This document shows positions 27,604 through 36,485 of a stretch of 46,762 nt of DNA, in pieces (the first letter of the stretch is position 1; each line of letters begins with the position of its first letter). The stretch is from contig JAZSJG010000077.1 of assembly GCA_045534215.1 (NCBI GenBank), forward strand, positions 1 to 46,762, in the 5' to 3' direction. A model generated the notes under the pieces. It saw nothing but the letters and a program-made list of their open reading frames with translations. It searched no databases and was not told the DNA's origin. The position numbers were made by a program, and so were the translations under genes. This DNA is from Eubacteriales bacterium. Its GTDB lineage: Bacteria; Bacillota; Clostridia; Oscillospirales; CAG-272.

Positions 27604-27637
27604 TTGTAGCTTGTGTGTGTAGTTCTAAAGTACTGAA

Positions 27638-29479
27638 TTAAGCTGCTTCGTTTTCGCTTTCCGAAGTAAAGAAATTAGACCCAAGGATATAAAAATGTAT
27701 TTTATTTGCAAGCTCTTTTATGGTGTAATTGATAAACGGAGAATTGAACGAATGCATTTCGATGCAGTCGTTAAAGGTGATAAAAGCACCGTCTTTCTCT
27801 ATTAAGTTCTGATAAACCTCAAAACCGCTTCCCGCATCTTCTGCTTCTTTAAAGAAAATTTGCAAAGCGACCGTAACAGAGGTGCAATATGATTGCACGT
27901 AGCATGGATACATAAATATATGAGGAATCATAACATATCTTACATCGTTTAGCTGGTTGTAGCTGAGTCCTATGCTTTTTGCAGCTGATTTAACAGCTTC
28001 ATTAAGAGTCTCTAGTGATATTTCGTCATATTCAATATCATAAGCATAATGTTCAAAAAGAGCGTAAAATCCTTGATATATCAAGGTAGTCAATGCATTT
28101 TCCAAAAGATAATAGGTTAAGTGCTCTATCTCCTCTTCGGACAAAACCTCTTCAAGAATTGAAACAGAAAGAAGCTCAAGTGCCTGACTGGAAATTTCAG
28201 ATACGTCAAGAGCCGACTGCGCACCGAAATTCTTGTAGAAATCCGCGAAATGACCAAACTCATGGAAAAGAGTTGTGTAGTCGTAAGCATCACCGCTTGT
28301 GGTTGCAAAGAGAAAGGGAGCTTCATATTTCGGAAGATAAGTTGTAAATGCACCTTCAAATCTGTTAGCTTCGTTAAGCTCTACATCATATAAGGTGTGT
28401 TGAAGCATGTAAGCATAAATTTCGGCAAGACCCGTATCCTTTTTCAAAAGTGCTTCATATGCAGAGTTGATAAGGTCGATACGAGATATTTGTGTTGGAG
28501 TATAAGAGGCATCGGAACAAGAGAAAACGTAAGATAACTTCGAGTAAACAGGTAAAATGTATTCACTTATGCTGTTCGCAAAAATTTTAAGTTGGTGACT
28601 CGAATAATCGTATCCTTGCTCTCCGTAAGCAAATTCTGTATAGGTAGAATAGCCAAGCTCGTCTGCAATTAGACGTCTTACTTTGAATAACTCTACGAGA
28701 ATTTCGGATGAAAGCTCCTCAACCCTTTCGTTATAAAGCATTTCGCACTGAACAAGAGCCGCAAGATATTTTTTCGATGACTCACCGTACTCGTCAAGGT
28801 AATTTTTAAGAATATTATCCATAGTGTCGGTTGTGTCTTCGTATGTGATTTCTACAGTGGCTGTGGATAGATTTGAATATTCTGCTTCAAGCTCGGCTTC
28901 CTTCGAAAAAAGGATAACCGCATTTTCTGTATAAATTCCACCGTCAGAGTAGGTTTCAATCAGTCCGTTGCCAAAATAGTCGGATTCGAAGCTTGTGTTA
29001 TGAGGTGAATTCGCGGCTGCAACAAAGAGGTTTTCCACCGCTTGCGCAAAGAGGGGGTAATTCGTGCAGAGATATTGATACTCAGTACTGAAGAATGAAT
29101 CTGCTGAATTTTTATAAGCATATATATTCACAAATGAATACATCGTTTCAATATTCAAATAGGAGGGCTCGAGAGAATAAATTTCCTGAAGCTGTGAATG
29201 ATATGATGTTTTATTTGCTTTTATAATCTCGGCAACCTTGTTGAAGGAATAAATTGCAGAGGAAATATCAGGACGCTCATATACAATCTGCGAAAAATTA
29301 ATCGTACCTCTGCCGTAATCCTTATAGTCGGGTACGATGATTTTCGGCTCGTCACTTGGTGGGTCGGTAATTTCTGTATTTCCGGGGTCATCTGTACCGT
29401 CGGGTGAACAAGCTGTCAAGACAAACATGCAGTGTGCTGCAATTACCAAAGCAAGTAACAGTGCAAGTAGTTTTTTCAT
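27638..29479 (-). CDS. Lipoprotein-anchored M3-family (PepF-like) zinc oligoendopeptidase
   Basis: Signal peptide MKKLLALLLALVIAAHCMFVLTAC with lipobox L-T-A-C. Zinc motif HEFGH (28250-28264, minus) followed by DVSEISSQALE, the M3 ExxSQxxE third-ligand block. Start set at ATG 29479. Confidence 0.7.
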   Translation of the reverse strand: MKKLLALLLALVIAAHCMFVLTACSPDGTDDPGNTEITDPPSDEPKIIVPDYKDYGRGTINFSQIVYERPDISSAIYSFNKVAEIIKANKTSYHSQLQEIYSLEPSYLNIETMYSFVNIYAYKNSADSFFSTEYQYLCTNYPLFAQAVENLFVAAANSPHNTSFESDYFGNGLIETYSDGGIYTENAVILFSKEAELEAEYSNLSTATVEITYEDTTDTMDNILKNYLDEYGESSKKYLAALVQCEMLYNERVEELSSEILVELFKVRRLIADELGYSTYTEFAYGEQGYDYSSHQLKIFANSISEYILPVYSKLSYVFSCSDASYTPTQISRIDLINSAYEALLKKDTGLAEIYAYMLQHTLYDVELNEANRFEGAFTTYLPKYEAPFLFATTSGDAYDYTTLFHEFGHFADFYKNFGAQSALDVSEISSQALELLSVSILEEVLSEEEIEHLTYYLLENALTTLIYQGFYALFEHYAYDIEYDEISLETLNEAVKSAAKSIGLSYNQLNDVRYVMIPHIFMYPCYVQSYCTSVTVALQIFFKEAEDAGSGFEVYQNLIEKDGAFITFNDCIEMHSFNSPFINYTIKELANKIHFYILGSNFFTSESENEAA

Positions 29480-29755
29480 AAAAACTCCAATCAAAAGCTT
29501 TTGTATACAAATATTTTACACACTCTATCGCATTCGTTCAACAACAAATAATAACGAAAATGCAAAAAAATTGTGAATAAGCTTTTGAAAATAAATTTTG
29601 CGGAAAATGATGAAAAATAGAAAAAATCAAATAAATAGGTATTATTTACCGTCGCGGAATTGTATTTTTTTGCAAAAATCAACAGTTTTTACTTTGGATT
29701 AAATCGGTTTTTGGATTTGTTAATAAAAAATTAACAATTTCATTTTTCTATTCTA

Positions 29756-29784
29756 TTGAAAAATACACGAAAATGGTATACAAT
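29756..29784 (+). promoter_or_regulatory. Candidate promoter of nifS-nifU-mnmA
   Basis: TTGAAA (29756-29761), a 17-nt spacer, then TACAAT (29779-29784). The inverted repeat GGTATA-caa-TATACC (29775-29789) overlaps the -10. Confidence 0.45.
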
Positions 29785-29860
29785 ATACCGAGAATAACAA
29801 ATAATTAATCTTGTGCGCGCAATATGAACTTGATGCACGAAGGATTTCGAAAGGAAAACG

Positions 29861-31051
29861 ATGTCTAAATTTGTATATGCTGACAATGCAGCGACAACTC
29901 CCGTAAGTCGCGAAGTAATAGATGCAATGACTCCTTGCCTTGAAGAGTTTTGGGGAAATCCCTCAAGCTTACACTCAAAGGGTAGGGAAGCAAAAGATAT
30001 TCTGGATAATGCAAGAGAGAAGATTGCAAAAGAATTCAACTGCGATTCTTCAGAAATATATTTCACTTCTTGCGGCACGGAATCGGATAACTGGGCTATA
30101 CGCAGCGCAGCTGCTAAAATGAAAGCAAAGGGAAGAAATCATATTGTAACAAGTAAAATTGAGCACCATGCAGTTTTGCATACCTGCGAGCAACTTGAAA
30201 AAGAGGGTTTTTTGCTCACGTACGTCAATGTTGATGCGGACGGTGTCATAGACCTCGAAGAACTCCGCTCTGTCGTTACTGAAAAAACAGCACTTGTTAC
30301 AGTGATGTATGCTAATAACGAGGTTGGTACTATACAGCCGGTTGATGAAATTTGTGAAATTGCACACTCAAAGGGCGCGCTTTTCTTCACAGATGCAGTA
30401 CAAGCCGTTGGAAATATTGAAATCGACCTTTCAAAGCTTAAGGTCGATATGCTATCTCTCTCGGGTCATAAAATTCACGCACCCAAAGGTATAGGAATGC
30501 TCTTTATCCGCAAGGGTGTTGTAATACCCAGTTTTATAAACGGCGGAGGTCAAGAGCGCAGGAAACGCGCCGGCACAGAAAATCTTCCTTATATTGTTGG
30601 CTTGGCTAAGGCGATAGAAATTGCAAATAAAAAGCTCAAGGACCTTCCAAGAGTTGAAATGATGAGAGATCGTTTAATAAACGAGCTTACAAAAATTCCG
30701 TATTCAAAGCTCAACGGACACAGGACCAAGCGTTTGCCGGGAAATGTCAATATCGGTTTTGAATTTATCGAGGGCGAAAGCTTGTTGCTTTGGCTTGATA
30801 TATCGGGTATATGCGCTTCCACCGGCTCGGCGTGCTCTTCTGCTTCTCTTGAGGCATCGCACGTGCTTTTGGCAATGGGAGTACCGCATGAAAAGGCGCA
30901 CGGTTCTCTTCGTCTCTCTATTTCTCACGAAACAACTGACGATGATATAGATTATATTATTGAAACAGTTCCAAGGATTGTAGAACGCTTGAGAAACATG
31001 AGTCCGCTTTGGGAAGATATAGTTAAAAACGAGAAATTGAAAGGTGAATAA
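29861..31051 (+). CDS. nifS: Cysteine desulfurase, NifS/IscS type
   Basis: [21 protein letters not shown] (PLP Lys), and SSGSACSS-type active-site loop [10 protein letters not shown]. Confidence 0.9.
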   Translation: MSKFVYADNAATTPVSREVIDAMTPCLEEFWGNPSSLHSKGREAKDILDNAREKIAKEFNCDSSEIYFTSCGTESDNWAIRSAAAKMKAKGRNHIVTSKIEHHAVLHTCEQLEKEGFLLTYVNVDADGVIDLEELRSVVTEKTALVTVMYANNEVGTIQPVDEICEIAHSKGALFFTDAVQAVGNIEIDLSKLKVDMLSLSGHKIHAPKGIGMLFIRKGVVIPSFINGGGQERRKRAGTENLPYIVGLAKAIEIANKKLKDLPRVEMMRDRLINELTKIPYSKLNGHRTKRLPGNVNIGFEFIEGESLLLWLDISGICASTGSACSSASLEASHVLLAMGVPHEKAHGSLRLSISHETTDDDIDYIIETVPRIVERLRNMSPLWEDIVKNEKLKGE

Positions 31052-31052
31052 A

Positions 31053-31463
31053 ATGAAATACAGTGAAAAGGTAATGGACCACTTTACAAACCCAAGAAAT
31101 GTTGGAGAAATTGAAAATGCAGACGGAGTAGGTGTTGTCGGTAATGCAAAATGCGGCGATATAATGAAAATGTACCTCAAAATCGAAGAGGACGTTATAA
31201 CCGACTGCAAATTCAAGACGTTTGGTTGCGGTGCGGCTATTGCAACATCCTCTATGGCAACAGAGCTTATAAAGGGAAAATCCGTTGAAGAGGCCCTGAA
31301 GCTTACCAATAGTGCCGTTGTAGAGGCGCTTGAGGGATTGCCGCCTGTAAAAATTCATTGCTCGGTATTAGCAGAGGAAGCAATAAAGACAGCGGTAGCG
31401 GATTATTATAACAAAATCGGCAAGCCGGTTGATTTTGAAATCGAAAAGGCGCACGAGGAATAA
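31053..31463 (+). CDS. nifU: Fe-S cluster scaffold NifU/IscU
   Basis: HFTNPRNVG, GNAKCGD, KTFGCGAAIA, KIHCS: the three conserved Cys. ATG 31053 (SD GAAAGGTG) is preferred over the track's GTG at 31044. Confidence 0.9.
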   Translation: MKYSEKVMDHFTNPRNVGEIENADGVGVVGNAKCGDIMKMYLKIEEDVITDCKFKTFGCGAAIATSSMATELIKGKSVEEALKLTNSAVVEALEGLPPVKIHCSVLAEEAIKTAVADYYNKIGKPVDFEIEKAHEE

Positions 31464-31492
31464 AAAACATTTCTTTTGGTAGGAGGAACAAT

Positions 31493-32536
31493 ATGAAAGT
31501 TCTTCTTGGAATGAGCGGCGGGCTTGATAGCACATATGCCGCAATAAAGCTAAAATCTCTCGGCTATGAGGTTGAGGGGGCAGTTTTAATGATGCACGGG
31601 CATACAGATATAGCTGCTGCCAAAGAAGCCGCAAGGTCGGTTGACATACCTCTGCATGTAGTAGATTGCGCAGAACTATTTGAAGAAAAGGTTGTAACAA
31701 ATTTTATCTGTGAATACTCACGCGCAAAAACACCAAATCCCTGCATAGTGTGCAACAGAGAGGTAAAATTCGCCGTCCTATTGGATATAGCTGAAAAAAT
31801 GGGATTCGATGCTATCGCCACAGGTCATTACGCAAAAATCGTTGAGATTTATTTTAACGGAGATAAAAGATTCGCTCTTGCAAGATCTAAGGATTTCAAA
31901 AAGGACCAGACATATATGCTTTGGTGTCTTCCACAGAAGGTGCTTGAAAAGCTTGTATTCCCGCTCGGCGATGATATAAAGTCGGATATTAAGGATTCCG
32001 CCAAAGAGATAGGACTCAATGCTGCTGATAAAGATGAGAGCCAAGAGATATGCTTTGTACCTGATGGCGACTATGCAGATTTTATAGAAAATCGTATGGG
32101 CTCCTCTGCTATAGGTAATTTTGTGGATAAAGAGGGAAACATACTTGGAAAGCACAAGGGGATTATACGTTATACCGTGGGGCAGCGTAAGGGACTCGGT
32201 GTCGCGGCAGGCAAACGTATGTTTGTAACCAAAATTAATCCGGATACACAAGAAATATTACTTCAGGATTCACCTGCTCTTTCAAATGTAATTGAAATAA
32301 GTGACATGGTTTTTTCTGTACCTTCGTTGTGCCCGGGAGAGAAGATGAATTTGCAGGTAAAGGTGAGATACTTAGCTCCCTTGGTTCCCTGCGAGCTCGA
32401 ATATCTTGGGCAGGGAAGAGGTAGAGTTTATCTTTCAGAACCCGCAAAATCAGTAACACCGGGTCAGTCATGCGTTTTCTATCATGGCGATGTTTTGATA
32501 TGCGGTGGCTTCACAGATGCTGCATACATGATATAA
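31493..32536 (+). CDS. mnmA: tRNA-specific 2-thiouridylase
   Basis: PP-loop LGMSGGLDS, NPCIVCN, ATGHYA, KDQTYML. Confidence 0.93.
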   Translation: MKVLLGMSGGLDSTYAAIKLKSLGYEVEGAVLMMHGHTDIAAAKEAARSVDIPLHVVDCAELFEEKVVTNFICEYSRAKTPNPCIVCNREVKFAVLLDIAEKMGFDAIATGHYAKIVEIYFNGDKRFALARSKDFKKDQTYMLWCLPQKVLEKLVFPLGDDIKSDIKDSAKEIGLNAADKDESQEICFVPDGDYADFIENRMGSSAIGNFVDKEGNILGKHKGIIRYTVGQRKGLGVAAGKRMFVTKINPDTQEILLQDSPALSNVIEISDMVFSVPSLCPGEKMNLQVKVRYLAPLVPCELEYLGQGRGRVYLSEPAKSVTPGQSCVFYHGDVLICGGFTDAAYMI

Positions 32537-32569
32537 GCTTCTATAAGGTTGAATAATCCCATATGAATT

Positions 32570-32598
32570 GGAACAGGCATTTTGTCTGTTCCTTTTTT
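32570..32598 (+). terminator. Intrinsic terminator after mnmA
   Basis: GGAACAG (32570-32576) / CTGTTCC (32586-32592), followed by TTTTTT. Confidence 0.75.
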
Positions 32599-32985
32599 AT
32601 TGAAAAATGGTAGGAAAATATCTAATTTCAGGTGAAATAAGTATAATTTAAGAAGTGAAACGGGGTGCACCAAAAGAAAACAGCTAAGAAAAATTGGAAG
32701 AATGACTATGTAGAAAAAAAGCCCATATTTATTGTGAAAATTGCACAAAAAAATTAATACGAATTCATATATGTAAACAGGTGTAATTTGAATAAAAAAA
32801 TGTTGAATTAAATTCACCATATAAAATAAAATAAATATATTAAAGTGGAATAGAAATTACGTTAATTGAAATTAAATTTTGACAAAAAAAGGTTGTGACA
32901 ACTTTTGTTTACAACTCGCAAAAACGAATGGCAAAAATAACCAGCGAAAACGCGGATTTCTTGAATTTTGCAATGTTTCTAAGTA

Positions 32986-33014
32986 TTGACTTTCAAGGAA
33001 CAGTATGTTATAAT
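32986..33014 (+). promoter_or_regulatory. Near-consensus extended -10 promoter of the seven-gene operon
   Basis: TTGACT (32986-32991), a 17-nt spacer ending in TGT, then TATAAT (33009-33014). About 100 nt of leader precede the SD (GGAGGA) and the ATG at 33120. Confidence 0.6.
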
Positions 33015-33119
33015 TTATTATACTTTAATGCCCGTACTGTGCCTTTTTTCACTTTTTGGTGTTATTTAAGTAGGTGCATTACGGCGTTTTAGCAAAGAAA
33101 AAACGGAGGATTTCAAACA

Positions 33120-36100
33120 ATGAAAAAGACCTTGTTTCAGAAAGTCATTTGCCTAATTCTTTCTGTGACAACTCTGTTCGGTATTGTCGCAGTAAGCACT
33201 GCGGCGGCAACAGACCAACCGGGCACCTCTTACGGCTCTAACAAGGATACAGCTGCAAATCTTGAACAGATGCAGGCGCTTGTCGGCGTTTCAACATACG
33301 CTGAGTATCTTGCTGAGCACGGTGATCCCAATACGGTCAATGCTGATACCGAGCTTGAGAGTATCTCCATTGATGTTGTTGCCAACATGCTTGATGACAG
33401 CGATGGAGTAGTTGCAAAGAACAGTACACTGTGTACTAATTCTTTTGCCGAGGACCAGACTAAGTGGATTACGTTCGGGGAGGAAAACTGGGATAAATCA
33501 GTTTACCTTTCTGCAGACGGTGATACTACTTGGAGCTTTAACATCCCTAATGGCAAAGAGGGTTATTACTACATCAAATTTACGTATTTCACAGCATTCA
33601 CCGATGAGAGCAGTATTACCTCTATCGAGCGTAAGCTCTTTATTGACGGCGAAGCCCCCTTTGATGAAGCAAGCTGCGTTACGTTTAACAAGTCGTGGGA
33701 ATATGTTAACTACACCGTTTCTGATCCGGTTCCTACCGATAAAGAAGACGGAGTATTTGTTACCTATGACCACAAGCCGAAGGACGGATATTATAAATAT
33801 GTAACGAAAGTTGTTGACGGCATGGAAACCGTTACTACCTATAAAATTGCCAAGGATATCAACGGTAACTCTATGGCTCCCTCGGTAGAGCAGGTTCCGG
33901 CTTGGAATACGTATTATTGCCAGGATACAACCGGATACTATACCGGTAACTTCTGCTTCTATCTGCTTAACGGTGATCATCAGATAACGCTTGCAGCACA
34001 GCGTGACCCGCTCATCATATCCGAAATCGAGCTTATCCCATATGAGCCGGGCACAAACAGTCTTCCTAAATATGAAGACGTGCTTAAGGATTATCAGGAT
34101 AAAGGGTATGTTTCCGCAGAGGGCGATGCAATAAGAATTGAAGCAGAATTCCCGGATTTCGTTTCCGACTCTTCTGTTTACGCTACCAACGACAACACTT
34201 CTGCACAGAACTATCCTTCAGCATCCAAATCCCAGCTTTACAATGTAATAGGTGAAAACAGCTATGATACTGTCGGACAGTGGGCTGCATATAAATTCTC
34301 AGTTAATTCCACCGGTCTTTACAAGCTGTCGATGCGTTATCTGCAAAATGCCTTGCAGGGTATGTATATCTGCCGTACAATCAGACTTTCAGGTGGTATA
34401 TATGGACTAAAGGATGAATACGGAACGCCATCCGTTCCTTTCGAAGAAGCATATGACGCACAGTTCCCGTATAATAAAGACTGGCAGTCATCTTACATTG
34501 GTGACAGTAACGGAAATGTTTTCGAATTTTACTTTGAAGAGGGTGTTGAGTATACGCTTTACATCGAGTGTTCACTCGGTTCACTCGGTACTCTTATTGC
34601 AGAGGTTGAGGAATCCCTCGAGATTATAAACGACTGTTACCTTAAAATACTCAAGGTTACAGGTTCTGCTCCTGACGAGTATACATATTACAAATTCGAA
34701 AAGATAATGCCTGATGTTCTTCGTAATCTCCTTATTGAGTCTATGGAGCTCGAGAGAATAAAGAAAGAGCTTCAGGAGCTTTGCGGAACTAACGGTTCAC
34801 ACATTGCAACACTTCAGACAATCTCTGACCTTCTTGACACTATGGGGTCAAACGAGGGTTGGGACATAGCGGCAAATATGTCTAACCTTAAGTCTTATCT
34901 CGGTACGCTCGGTACTTGGATTAACGATTCCAAAAAGGGCTCAATGATGATAGACTGCATTAACGTATGCCCCACAAGTATGACAAATAAGGATCTTCCT
35001 AAAAAAGATGCTAACTTTTTCAAGGCATTATGGTTTGAAATCAAATCCTTTATATATTCTTTCTCTACGAACTATGAAGCAATGGGTATGACCGAAAAGC
35101 CCAGCAAGGACACAGTAACTATCGATGTTTGGCTTGCTTCCGGTCGTGACCAGACAAACATATGGCGTTCAATGCTTGACGCTCAGGGCGGATTCACCGA
35201 TACGACGGGGTACGGCGTAGCGCTTAAGCTTGTAACGGGCGGAACACTTTTACCTTCCATTCTTTCGGGCAAAGGTCCTGACGTTTACATGGGTATCGGT
35301 GCATCCGACGTTATTAACTACGCAATTCGTGATGCGATAATTTGTCTTACCGAGGATGAACTCTTCAATACAACTTATTACACCTATAAAAATGAAAATG
35401 GCGAATATACCATAACCGAAGATGATCCGGAAAAGGTTGGTATGGAACCGATTTTCGTTTCAAATACCTATGACGACCACGTTAAGAACAACTTCGTTCA
35501 AGCAGCTCTTGATACGTTGACTCTTCTTGGAAAATCTTATGGTGTACCTCAAACAATGGCATTCCCGATGATGTTCTACAGAATGGACGTTCTTGCAGAG
35601 CTCAAGGAGGATGTTCCTGAGACATGGGAAGAGCTTCTTAAGATGCTTCCGACTCTTCAGAGCAACAACATGTCAATGGGTGTCAGCTACGCCCTTGCTT
35701 ACAACGCACTTCTTTATCAGAGCGGCGGGAGCATGTGGAAATATATCGGCGACGATGAATATGCAGGTGCAAAGGTTGACCTCGATTCGAATACCGCACT
35801 TACCGCGTTCGAATTTGTATGCCGTCTTTACACAGACTACTCATTCCCTGTATCTTACGACGCAGCAAACCGTTTCAGAACGGGTGAAATGCCTCTGCTT
35901 ATAGGAAGCTATGAGGATCTTTACAACAAGCTTGTCGTTTATGCTACCGAAATTGAAGGCCTTTGGAGCATATGTCCTCTTCCAGGAACAAAGCTTGCGG
36001 ATGGCACAATCAATTATGATACAATCTGTACTGTAAGCGCAACAGTAATGCTCCATGGATGCGACGATATGTTACCTGCTTGGGAGTATATCCAGTGGCA

Positions 36101-36467
36101 AACCTCTGCTAAGGTACAGGCAGATTACGGTAACAAGATGGTTGCCCTTATCGGTCCTTCGGCAAAATACGAAACGGCTAATATAAACGCAATCAAAGAC
36201 CTTTCTTGGACGGCAAGTGAAAGAGCTGCTATTGAAGACCAAATTAAGCACATGTCTTCTATCGTTAACTATCCCGGCTCTTACTACATTACAAGATATA
36301 TACAGTTCGCTTTTCTTGATGCGGTAAACGATGACGCTGATGCAGTTGATGCACTCAACGGTTATATCGATGCAATTAACGCGGAAATTACCCGTAAACG
36401 TAGCGAATTTAAGCTTAAAACACTAGCGGCAGACGAAGAGCCGCCGGAAAAAGAAACCAATCAGTAA
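33120..36467 (+). CDS. Giant secreted family-1 solute-binding protein fused to two N-terminal CBM-like beta-sandwich modules (1115 aa)
   Basis: Signal peptide with an AxA-type site (STAAA/TD) and no lipobox Cys. CBM-like segments at about aa 80-312 (...IISEIELIPYEP) and aa 335-500 (AIRIEAEFPDF...YTLYIEC). Helical linker. SBP_bac_1-like C-terminal half from about aa 660 (TIDVWLASG..., GKGPDVYMG). Confidence 0.7.
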   Translation: MKKTLFQKVICLILSVTTLFGIVAVSTAAATDQPGTSYGSNKDTAANLEQMQALVGVSTYAEYLAEHGDPNTVNADTELESISIDVVANMLDDSDGVVAKNSTLCTNSFAEDQTKWITFGEENWDKSVYLSADGDTTWSFNIPNGKEGYYYIKFTYFTAFTDESSITSIERKLFIDGEAPFDEASCVTFNKSWEYVNYTVSDPVPTDKEDGVFVTYDHKPKDGYYKYVTKVVDGMETVTTYKIAKDINGNSMAPSVEQVPAWNTYYCQDTTGYYTGNFCFYLLNGDHQITLAAQRDPLIISEIELIPYEPGTNSLPKYEDVLKDYQDKGYVSAEGDAIRIEAEFPDFVSDSSVYATNDNTSAQNYPSASKSQLYNVIGENSYDTVGQWAAYKFSVNSTGLYKLSMRYLQNALQGMYICRTIRLSGGIYGLKDEYGTPSVPFEEAYDAQFPYNKDWQSSYIGDSNGNVFEFYFEEGVEYTLYIECSLGSLGTLIAEVEESLEIINDCYLKILKVTGSAPDEYTYYKFEKIMPDVLRNLLIESMELERIKKELQELCGTNGSHIATLQTISDLLDTMGSNEGWDIAANMSNLKSYLGTLGTWINDSKKGSMMIDCINVCPTSMTNKDLPKKDANFFKALWFEIKSFIYSFSTNYEAMGMTEKPSKDTVTIDVWLASGRDQTNIWRSMLDAQGGFTDTTGYGVALKLVTGGTLLPSILSGKGPDVYMGIGASDVINYAIRDAIICLTEDELFNTTYYTYKNENGEYTITEDDPEKVGMEPIFVSNTYDDHVKNNFVQAALDTLTLLGKSYGVPQTMAFPMMFYRMDVLAELKEDVPETWEELLKMLPTLQSNNMSMGVSYALAYNALLYQSGGSMWKYIGDDEYAGAKVDLDSNTALTAFEFVCRLYTDYSFPVSYDAANRFRTGEMPLLIGSYEDLYNKLVVYATEIEGLWSICPLPGTKLADGTINYDTICTVSATVMLHGCDDMLPAWEYIQWQTSAKVQADYGNKMVALIGPSAKYETANINAIKDLSWTASERAAIEDQIKHMSSIVNYPGSYYITRYIQFAFLDAVNDDADAVDALNGYIDAINAEITRKRSEFKLKTLAADEEPPEKETNQ

Positions 36468-36485
36468 CATTAAGGAGATTATGAA

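Noticed and set aside
27450-27637. A possible c-di-AMP (ydaO-type) riboswitch upstream of trkA.
   Set aside because: The consensus promoter at 27481-27509 leaves a leader of only about 25 nt. The rest of the gap is the terminator of the upstream gene.
30704-31309. A 201-aa minus-strand ORF across the nifS/nifU junction, together with other 60-160-aa antisense ORFs in the track (for example 5551-6000, 7954-8316, 8171-8617 and 33498-33980).
   Set aside because: All are embedded antisense or out of frame in genes with clear family signatures. None has an SD or a recognisable motif.
32482-32820. A 112-aa hydrophobic minus-strand ORF in the mnmA-operon intergenic region.
   Set aside because: It overlaps the mnmA 3' end and its terminator. 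It has no SD, and its hydrophobicity is the expected artefact of translating AT-rich DNA.
32895-33092. A 65-aa plus-strand ORF just upstream of the large SBP gene.
   Set aside because: It contains the predicted -35/-10 promoter of the operon inside it, has no SD, and its sequence is not protein-like.
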